Assembly (NCBI GenBank): GCA_003516025.1
Contig: CP023991.1
Location: 240,001 to 272,000 of the forward strand
Direction of reading: 5' to 3'
DNA from: Candidatus Saccharimonadota bacterium
Lineage (GTDB): Bacteria; Patescibacteriota; Saccharimonadia; Saccharimonadales; UBA4665
DNA: 32,000 nt
Below are positions 25,097-31,744 of the stretch, piece after piece (positions within the stretch are counted from its first letter, which is position 1; each line of letters starts with the position of its first letter). Below the pieces are notes generated by a model. That model saw only the letters and a program-made list of their open reading frames with translations, ran no database searches and was not told where the DNA came from. The position numbers and the translations under genes were made by a program.

Positions 25097-25113
25097 TGTA
25101 ATGATTCGACTTG
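25097..25113. repeat. Cassette 2 distal arm TGTAATGATTCGACTTG, preceded by a C7 tract at 25078-25084
   Basis: Perfect complement of 22043-22059. The stretch 25076-25113 is homologous to the reverse complement of 4935-4972. Confidence 0.85.
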
Positions 25114-25166
25114 CCCGGCAGCCGCCTCCGCAAGAGCAGCGTACCTTAAAAATTCGTTAAGTGGCC

Positions 25167-25195
25167 TTGACTAATCATTGTGCTTGTGATACAAT
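25167..25195 (+). promoter_or_regulatory. Putative promoter of the LPXTG protein gene (TTGACT-N17-TACAAT with an upstream TGa)
   Basis: TTGACT at 25167-25172, a 17-nt spacer and TACAAT at 25190-25195. Confidence 0.5.
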
Positions 25196-25316
25196 AAGCA
25201 TAACGAATGAAGTGGGCCGTAGTTGTCATGTCGGTATAACCGCCGACGGACTTTTAACAATTTAGCGCATTATGTAACTATTTTAAGTAACTAATCTACA
25301 CATTATGGAGGTGGAT

Positions 25317-26894
25317 ATGAAACTATTAACCCGTTTCAAAACTGTTTCACGCCGTTCCATCGCGATCATGGGCGCAGGACTGATGCTTTTTTCAGTCGCA
25401 GCTGTAGCCCTGCCTAAGTTTACTCAGGCCGCCAATGGTTCTGACCGTGAAATCAAAGCTTATACCGAAGGTATGGCTGGTTTCGACCACGTGCAATTTA
25501 ACTCCTTTACGGGAGTTCCAAACATCGGTGACGAACGTCAGTTCTTCACTGGTATGTATGACGGCGCTAACACGCCATTCTATGACACCCTCAGCGGTGC
25601 CAAGAGCGGTGACACTATGCTCGTCCGCGTATACGTTCACAACAACGCAGATAGCAGCTTGAATGCAAGCGGTGCCGGCGTTGCCAAGAACACTAAAGTC
25701 CGTGTTGCTTTGCCAACCGGTATGGCTACTACGCAAACTGCAACCGCATTTGTAAGTGCCGATAATGCTCAGCCGCAGATCGTCGAAGACAACTTCAGTA
25801 TTACTGCTGATAGTGCTGTCAATATGTCGTACGTTCCTGGTTCAGCTACTATTAAGACTAACTACCAGGACAAAGCCTTGAGTGACGATATCGTTACTAA
25901 CGGCGTTCTGGTTGGTGACAACAACACGAATGGTGATATGCCTGGCTGTTTTGACCACGTAGCCCTCGTAACTTTTAAAGTTAAGTTGACTGCCCCAGGT
26001 TATAGCCTGGACAAGAAGGTCCGTTTACACGGTACTTCTACATTCACTGAACAAGTTACTGCTAAGGCTGGCGACAAAGTCGACTTTGCTTTAGCATTTA
26101 AGAACAATGGTTCTACGACGTTGAACCAGGTTGTTCTTGGCGACCGTTTACCTGTTGGCCTAAAGTACGACTCAAGCATCGTTGCTGAGTGGAACTCAAG
26201 CCTGACTGGCAATAAGTGGACTCCTGTATCCAACAACGATTGGATCAAGGGCGGTATTAATATCGGTAATTACGCTGCTGGAGCTGCTGGCTACGTTCGC
26301 TTTACGGCTATCGTAGACGACGCCTCTAAATTGCAGTGTGGCCTCAACCGCATCACCAATGTTGGTTTTGCTAAGCCAGCCGACCAAGGCACTATCGAAG
26401 ATTCGGCCGAAGTCGATGTGACCAAGGAATGCCAGGAAGAGACCCCAACACCGGTTTACAGCTGTGACCTGCTCGAAATCACGAAGGATGACGCGTCTAA
26501 GACCGTTACCATCAAGACTATGAACACCACTGCTAAAAACGGTGCTACCCTAAAGAGCGTTGAGCTCAACTGGGGCGAAAACGGTGTAAACAACCTGACA
26601 ACCAACACACCAGTTGGCCAGACACACACCTACGCTGGTAATGGCCCATTCACCATCACAGCGACCCCAACCTTTACTGTTAACGGTAAAGACGTAAAAG
26701 CTCCTACCAACGCTAACTGCGCCAAGCAGGTAAGCTTTACAACCCCAACTACCCCTGAGACTCCTGTAACACCAGAAACTCCAACTGAGTTGCCAAACAC
26801 TGGCGCCGGTGACCTCGTCAGCATTTTTGCTGCTGTAGTTGTCCTGGGCGCTGCAATGCACCGCCTGTTCCTGAGCCGTCGCTTAACCCGCTAA
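25317..26894 (+). CDS. LPXTG-anchored cell-surface protein (sortase substrate)
   Basis: I prefer the ATG at 25317, which has GGAGGTGG upstream; the track ORF starts at 25305. It has a signal peptide, beta-rich repeat-like domains, and the C-terminal sorting signal ELPNTGAG + hydrophobic stretch + RRLTR. Confidence 0.85.
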   Translation: MKLLTRFKTVSRRSIAIMGAGLMLFSVAAVALPKFTQAANGSDREIKAYTEGMAGFDHVQFNSFTGVPNIGDERQFFTGMYDGANTPFYDTLSGAKSGDTMLVRVYVHNNADSSLNASGAGVAKNTKVRVALPTGMATTQTATAFVSADNAQPQIVEDNFSITADSAVNMSYVPGSATIKTNYQDKALSDDIVTNGVLVGDNNTNGDMPGCFDHVALVTFKVKLTAPGYSLDKKVRLHGTSTFTEQVTAKAGDKVDFALAFKNNGSTTLNQVVLGDRLPVGLKYDSSIVAEWNSSLTGNKWTPVSNNDWIKGGINIGNYAAGAAGYVRFTAIVDDASKLQCGLNRITNVGFAKPADQGTIEDSAEVDVTKECQEETPTPVYSCDLLEITKDDASKTVTIKTMNTTAKNGATLKSVELNWGENGVNNLTTNTPVGQTHTYAGNGPFTITATPTFTVNGKDVKAPTNANCAKQVSFTTPTTPETPVTPETPTELPNTGAGDLVSIFAAVVVLGAAMHRLFLSRRLTR

Positions 26895-27038
26895 GCAGAC
26901 CAGCAATTGTGCGAGCCGCCTGAAATGGCGGTTCCGCGCAATCCTGTGGATTAGCACTGGCATTTTGCTCCGCATTATGCTATGCTCACATCTAAGATCT
27001 GACAAGCACTGACTGACCGCTCTAAGAACTTTTAGACT

Positions 27039-27079
27039 ATCCCCTCGCTCATACTTTTGGGTGAGGGGATTTTCTTTTG
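27039..27079 (+). terminator. Intrinsic terminator after the LPXTG gene
   Basis: ATCCCCTC...GAGGGGAT stem followed by TTTCTTTTG. Confidence 0.65.
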
Positions 27080-27214
27080 CGGTTGATTGATCTTATCTGT
27101 TATGGTACAATTTTGCGGTCGTGGATCCTTGTAAATAAGGTCTCATATCCTTCGGATATGGCGACCTCACTCAGAAGGCAAAAAGATGTAAACACATTTT
27201 TGCCATTCCTCGTT

Positions 27215-27289
27215 CGGTCTCATCGTCTAACGGTTAGGACACCAGGTTTTCATCCTGGCAATCGGAGTTCGATTCTCCGTGAGATCACC
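27215..27289 (+). tRNA. tRNA-Glu (anticodon UUC)
   Basis: GGTCTCATCGTCTAACGGTTAGGACACCAGGTTTTCATCCTGGCAATCGGAGTTCGATTCTCCGTGAGATCACCA. It has a 7-bp acceptor stem, the anticodon loop TTTTCAT, a GTTCGAT T-loop and an encoded CCA. Confidence 0.9.
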
Positions 27290-28800
27290 AAAAGAGACTC
27301 ATCAGCTACAGATGGGTCTTTTTTCATGTTCACCAAAGAGTAAAGGGCGCTTAATTTTGGCGTTCCAAAATTATTTGTGTAGAAGTTGTACTCTATACCT
27401 TCTGGGAATATCATGCGTTGGTAGACTTCGCGCATATCGGGTGTAGCATCGGCCCATATCCGTGGCGCGTTATCCATGTAGCTCAATACGTAGTCAATGG
27501 CCTCTTGATCGGTGCCAATTTGCTGGGATAGTTTTGCAATGCTATCGGTAAGCCCTTCAATCTCCTTATTTGCTTTCAGATGTATGGATATCTTTTCCTG
27601 TTTGCTGATATCGTCGCTGACGAGCTTGTCAGTTGCTTTTTGCTTATGCTCTTCCAGGTCGTTGATCCTGTTCTGGAACTTCTTACGCTGTATGTGTAGC
27701 GTCTTGAGCTCGTCATGCCATACGCGCACGATCATAACCTTAACAAGCCGAAGGGATAGCTTATTTGGTGTTATCTGAGTAAGTAGGCCTATGAACTGTT
27801 CATTGAGCTTAAATGCAGCAATTGAAGCCTTAGAACACTTAGTGCAGTGGTACTTAGGATAGCTTTTACCACTGCCGCCAGTTGAGGCGCTCCCGCGAAC
27901 GGGGCTGCCACAAGTTGCGCAGCTTAGAAATCGGCGCAAAGGGAAATCGGGGTGGTTAACGGAGTAGCTTTCTACCTTACCGTGCTTACGCCGCTCAAGG
28001 ATGCGCTGGTTTCTCCAAAATAAGTCTTGGCTTATTATGCCCTCAAACTGGCTAGTCGGAACGTATTGGTCATTTGTATGCTGATTTCTTTCCAGACCAG
28101 CATATAAAGGGTTGCGCAGCATCTTGCCGAGTAAGCTATGGTTTAGTGATTTACCATTCGGTCGAAATAAGTCTGTTTCGTTTGCTACGGTCAGTAATTC
28201 CTTTATCGTAACGGTGTCGGTTGCGAATTCGGTCAGAAGATATGCTATCTTTTCACCAATGACAGGGTCCGCAGCCAGAATGGATTTTCCGAGTAAGTCG
28301 CGGACATTGATCAGTCCAAAGGGTGCTTTCGCCATGCGATACCCTTCATTGGCATGCCGCTTCATGTTGTCGGTAACTCGCTCCGATTTAATATCGTTGT
28401 CGACCTCGGCCATGACAGCCTTCATATAACGAAGGAGTTTATCTGATTTATTACTTACAATGTTTGAGCTAGGATCCTTGATTTCTATTTTATATTTTTT
28501 TAGCTCTGTACTGATAGCGATAAAGTCATCCATGTTTCTGGCCAAGCGGTCTACCTCGTATATGATCAAATAATGGATGTCTTTACCATGTTCTCTCAGA
28601 TAAGACAGCATATCTTGGAGCTGAGGACGATTAGCTGTCTTGGCGGATACACCTTCTTCACGAAAGGTGCGCTTAATAAGGACGCCATTTCTAAGCGCCC
28701 ATTCCTGACAACGTTCTTCTTGGTTATCAAGGCTGACGCCGTCTACCTGCTGGGTTGTTGAGACGCGTACGTATACAACAGCACGCTTTTTTATATCCAT
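27250..28800 (-). CDS. Large serine recombinase (integrase)
   Basis: 516-aa ORF with the resolvase catalytic domain AVVYVRVSTTQQ...SLDNQ...EVDRLARN, a recombinase domain, a Cys-rich zinc ribbon (CATCGSP...YHCTKC) and a coiled-coil C-terminal region. The last 40 nt overlap tRNA-Glu on the opposite strand. Confidence 0.9.
   Translation of the reverse strand: MDIKKRAVVYVRVSTTQQVDGVSLDNQEERCQEWALRNGVLIKRTFREEGVSAKTANRPQLQDMLSYLREHGKDIHYLIIYEVDRLARNMDDFIAISTELKKYKIEIKDPSSNIVSNKSDKLLRYMKAVMAEVDNDIKSERVTDNMKRHANEGYRMAKAPFGLINVRDLLGKSILAADPVIGEKIAYLLTEFATDTVTIKELLTVANETDLFRPNGKSLNHSLLGKMLRNPLYAGLERNQHTNDQYVPTSQFEGIISQDLFWRNQRILERRKHGKVESYSVNHPDFPLRRFLSCATCGSPVRGSASTGGSGKSYPKYHCTKCSKASIAAFKLNEQFIGLLTQITPNKLSLRLVKVMIVRVWHDELKTLHIQRKKFQNRINDLEEHKQKATDKLVSDDISKQEKISIHLKANKEIEGLTDSIAKLSQQIGTDQEAIDYVLSYMDNAPRIWADATPDMREVYQRMIFPEGIEYNFYTNNFGTPKLSALYSLVNMKKDPSVADESLLVISRRIELRLPG
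27294..27324 (+). terminator. Intrinsic terminator after tRNA-Glu
   Basis: AGACTCATC-agctaca-GATGGGTCT followed by TTTTTT. Confidence 0.65.
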
Positions 28801-28804
28801 TGCG

Positions 28805-29068
28805 TTATTCTACCACCGCAGATTTATGAACGGAATACTTACGGAAAATAAAACGTATGATCTGTTCCTGCTGAAGAAGGAGCTCGGTCAGTTCACCGTC
28901 GGTTAACTGGGTGGCGGACAAATCTAATAATTTACGTGCCTCTCCGACAGAGATAATTGGCTTAATATTTTGATTTTGAAGAGGTTTGGGAGCGAGTGGC
29001 CTAACCAAAGCGTCATAATGACCCTTCCTGCTTGTGCCTCTACCATGTCTGTGACAGGAGGCTTTCAC
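28805..29068 (-). CDS. Hypothetical small protein upstream of the integrase (possibly co-transcribed)
   Basis: 87-aa ORF ending 4 nt before the integrase start. No motif recognised. Confidence 0.4.
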   Translation of the reverse strand: MKASCHRHGRGTSRKGHYDALVRPLAPKPLQNQNIKPIISVGEARKLLDLSATQLTDGELTELLLQQEQIIRFIFRKYSVHKSAVVE

Positions 29069-29159
29069 CTGATCTCAGGCAAGCTTCGTGATATAACGTT
29101 TTGGCCGTGCTAGGCAATGTACTGACATTGTAACACCAACGGATGTTAATATAAGAGCT

Positions 29160-30044
29160 ATGGAACGATTTGAGTTAGAAGTAGGTCACGGTTACACCAA
29201 GGAAGCGCTTGAATCTATTTTCGCCACTAACTTTGGCGCACGTATAAAAGGCATCACTTTACGCCGACATGTTGATAATACGCCGTATGCGATTGTTTTT
29301 TCGCGGGCTGACGGTCCATATACTGACCGCGTAGAGGGTAATTCATTTTTTTACGACGGCGAAGGCACCAATAAGGACCAAAATCTTACGGCCGCCAATA
29401 ATGCGCTTGTTAAAGCAAATGAAACTGGCCGAGTTATATATGGCTTTAGGCAGGACGAAGCGGGCGGCCTTTGGCGATATCTAGGGATACTGAACGTCCT
29501 GGAGTGCTCCTATGTTCGTAAAAATGGCTTTATGACGTATGAATTTCATTTTACAGCGGATCCTGTTAGCCCGTCAGAGTACAAAAATGCTGAGGCTGCA
29601 ATTGACTCAGCCATTCAAAACACACCCGTACTTACAGAGGAAACCCATAAGGTAGCTACTAAGTCAACCGCGCGTAGTGCCGCCTTCAGTAAGAATGTTA
29701 AGAAGGCTTATGACAACACTTGCGCATTTTGCGGAAAGAAGCGGACTTCGGTAGCAGGGTATCCTGAAGTAGAGGCGGCACATATATACCCCAAAGAAAA
29801 AGACGGCGCTGACGATTACCGCAACGGAATCGCGCTATGCAGACTACATCATTGGGCTTTTGACGCTGGACTGATGGCACTTGATGACCAACTGAATATT
29901 GTTGTCAAGCAAGAGTTACGGGCAGATACGAATTATGACGATATATATAAATATGCTGATGCGCCATTGTTCCGTCCCCAAAATAACGCATTGAAACCCC
30001 ACTTGCTGTATGTAGCTGCTCACCGAGAACTGCATGGTTTCTAG
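29160..30044 (+). CDS. SRA(YDG)-like domain + HNH nuclease; candidate modification-dependent (type IV) restriction enzyme
   Basis: The N-terminal FFYDGEGTNKDQNLTAANNAL matches the SRA/YDG signature Y-x-G-x-G...DQ-x-L...N-x-AL. The C-terminal CAFCGKK...EAAHIYPK...NGIALCRLHHWAFDAG is an HNH motif. Confidence 0.65.
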   Translation: MERFELEVGHGYTKEALESIFATNFGARIKGITLRRHVDNTPYAIVFSRADGPYTDRVEGNSFFYDGEGTNKDQNLTAANNALVKANETGRVIYGFRQDEAGGLWRYLGILNVLECSYVRKNGFMTYEFHFTADPVSPSEYKNAEAAIDSAIQNTPVLTEETHKVATKSTARSAAFSKNVKKAYDNTCAFCGKKRTSVAGYPEVEAAHIYPKEKDGADDYRNGIALCRLHHWAFDAGLMALDDQLNIVVKQELRADTNYDDIYKYADAPLFRPQNNALKPHLLYVAAHRELHGF

Positions 30045-30248
30045 GATCTGCGGCTAGCAATACGGACAAGTCATTGATGAGAAACTATACAAAAACATAA
30101 GTATGTTAAATTCTACAACTACTTTTTGTTGCAAAACGCTAGATGTAGGGTTATGCTTTAATCACAAGACTCCATTGGGGGGTTCGGACGCAGCAAAAAA
30201 GCTTGGTCGCTTGATGTTAAAGTTGTGTTAATAATTTCAGTCCTGTTT

Positions 30249-30336
30249 CAAGCGTTGGTATGGGTCATCAAAGACCATATGCCAATCGGCGTAATAAACA
30301 CACGCCCATGCCAACGCTTGGTATGGGACTTTTTTG
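30249..30336 (+). promoter_or_regulatory. Four-segment alternative-hairpin element ending in a terminator
   Basis: Seg1 CAAGCGTTGGTATGGG, seg2 GACCATATGCCAA, seg3 CCCATGCCAACGCTTG, seg4 TTGGTATGGGA followed by CTTTTTT. Seg1 can pair with seg2 or seg3, and seg3 with seg1 or seg4. Confidence 0.4.
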
Positions 30337-30463
30337 TTGGAAATAATCCGCGGTGCTGACAGACCGAGTTAGCTCAAATCCTAAGTGAAATAAAAACAAA
30401 AAATAGCTTACCACGGAAGCGCGGCAAAAGCCGCCTCGTAATTTAACAACTTGGAGCAAAACA

Positions 30464-30628
30464 GTGGAAAATAACTACTGTCGCTGCCCAGTTACCTTTA
30501 GTGCAAAACGCACTCTACCGAATGGCAAAGTATTATATGCTAAGCAGTTCGGTAAGCGTTGTTGGCCGTTTGTTGTTCATAACAAAAACTGCCATCACCA
30601 AAGGCAACAGCAGTTAGAGCTAGAATAG
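30464..30628 (+). CDS. Possible small Cys-rich (zinc-ribbon-like) protein, 54 aa
   Basis: GTG start with GGAG 9 nt upstream, giving MENNYCRCPVTFSAKRTLPNGKVLYAKQFGKRCWPFVVHNKNCHHQRQQQLELE. A hairpin plus T-run follows at about 30646-30680. It is below the ORF-track size cut-off. Confidence 0.3.
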   Translation: MENNYCRCPVTFSAKRTLPNGKVLYAKQFGKRCWPFVVHNKNCHHQRQQQLELE

Positions 30629-30931
30629 ATCCTCTCACAGATCTAAGAGTCGCATTACTCGGTAAAGCGGCTCTTTTTAATTTCCCACATTGAGAAACTA
30701 AAAATAGCAGCTTTTATTACAGACGTCAATAGACGTCATGCCTCTTACAAATAGAATGTGAGCGAGATGAAGTCATATTACCCCTAAATTACGACTTGTT
30801 ACTAACAAATTATAGCCATACGTACGCTATGTGTAAAGCTATTTAACGTAAGCGTAATGGTTTTTAATTACCGTTATAATTTACCTTATGCGTTGTATCA
30901 TCTGAATAAAGTAAACAGGAGCTTAGCTAGT

Positions 30932-31120
30932 ATGAATGAAACAGTCGGTAAACCAATAGTATTTATGTACGTTATCCTGGCATTGTTTGGTGGTGCTATC
31001 ATCGGTATGATTGTGGCTAAAACAGTGTTACGAGAGGATATCGCAACATCTTATATGGTAGATACGTGCATCCGTTCACAAGATGATGATAGTAAGTACT
31101 ACAGATGCGACTATTTTTAG
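30932..31120 (+). CDS. Small single-pass membrane protein (hypothetical)
   Basis: The internal ATG at 30932 has AGGAG 10 nt upstream. Translation is MNETVGKPIVFMYVILALFGGAIIGMIVAKTVL... The track ORF starts at 30857. Confidence 0.35.
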   Translation: MNETVGKPIVFMYVILALFGGAIIGMIVAKTVLREDIATSYMVDTCIRSQDDDSKYYRCDYF

Positions 31121-31512
31121 TCGAGTACGCTTTGAATATTCAACTGAACAGCAACCAGGCTTTGAGTCTTAAACATCTGGTGATGCTTCATCATCATATC
31201 AATTGCTTTTAATTTATTCTGTGTTGTTTCAGCAGGATCGTTAATGATGCTTGTTAATTTGAGGAGCAGTAGCTCTGGCTCGAGTGACTGCATCTGTCCG
31301 AGTTTTTCCGATAGCCATTTAGGCCGATTGTGCATTAAGTTGCGGGCCGTTTCGATTGTATATCCTGACTCTACGGCAGACCGATAGCAGTTCCCGAAAC
31401 TAGGGCTGTCAGGACTAAAATAAAGGCTGATGAATTTATCTTGGCGCGGGTCTAAAGCCACTGGCTGATTTTGGGAGTACCCACCCCCGATCTGTAGTCC
31501 ATTGCTACTCAT
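31117..31512 (-). CDS. Phage terminase small subunit-like protein (Terminase_2/P27-type pattern)
   Basis: DPRQDKFISLYFSPDSPSFGNCYRSAVESGYTIETARNLM fits the TerS HTH pattern Q..F...Y....GN...A...AGYS...A. The C-terminal KLKAIDMMMKHHQMF fits the RLKALELLGKHLGMF-like segment. Confidence 0.55.
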   Translation of the reverse strand: MSSNGLQIGGGYSQNQPVALDPRQDKFISLYFSPDSPSFGNCYRSAVESGYTIETARNLMHNRPKWLSEKLGQMQSLEPELLLLKLTSIINDPAETTQNKLKAIDMMMKHHQMFKTQSLVAVQLNIQSVLD

Positions 31513-31645
31513 ATCGTAGTTCCTATTACCCCTGGAATGCGTTTAACAGGTGTTGTATGCCGTAATACCTGGTACCAGTCACCTATGTCTGACAGGATAT
31601 CGTTCCAATTCGATTGCAAGTGGTTCACCAGTTTTCGTTATACAC

Positions 31646-31673
31646 AAAAAGTCTCCGTAAGGAGGCTTTTTTG
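31646..31673. terminator. Bidirectional intrinsic terminator
   Basis: AAAAAGTCTCC-GTAA-GGAGGCTTTTTT: a 7-bp stem with one G:U pair, an A-run upstream and a T-run downstream. Confidence 0.55.
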
Positions 31674-31744
31674 TTTCATGTGTAACTGGGTAACGGTATT
31701 TTAGTTTCTCGTTCGAAGATTTGCACATCTGTTATGATAACAGC

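Larger units (their letters stand above)
27250..31673. mobile_element. Small integrative element at tRNA-Glu (serine integrase, SRA-HNH nuclease, small ORFs, TerS-like gene); right boundary approximate
   Basis: An integrase gene abuts and overlaps the tRNA, the gene content is phage or satellite type, and a bidirectional terminator at 31646-31673 precedes a housekeeping-looking hydrolase gene. No att repeat was found, as expected for serine integrases. Confidence 0.45.

Noticed and set aside
27139-27214. Hairpins upstream of tRNA-Glu (a UUCG-capped GGTCTCATATCC.../...GGATATGGCGACC and GGCAAAAA/TTTTTGCC) sharing the 8-mer GGTCTCAT with the tRNA 5' end: a possible tRNA-like pseudogene
   Set aside because: It does not fold into a cloverleaf and has no T-loop or anticodon arm. 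It is most simply leader structure of the tRNA transcript.
27077-27343. Track ORF 27077-27343 (+, 88 aa)
   Set aside because: It runs straight through the tRNA-Glu gene and its terminator, so it is spurious.
30268-30459. Track ORF 30268-30459 (-, 63 aa)
   Set aside because: It has no Shine-Dalgarno, overlaps the hairpin/terminator cluster, and gives a hydrophobic low-complexity translation. It is probably non-coding.
31607-31630. TTCGATTGCAAGTGGTTCACCA as a duplicated tRNA-Glu 3' end (attR)
   Set aside because: Only the TTCGATT and TCACCA pieces match. The intervening bases do not match, and it does not fold as a T-arm or acceptor stem. Serine integrases do not generate long direct repeats anyway.
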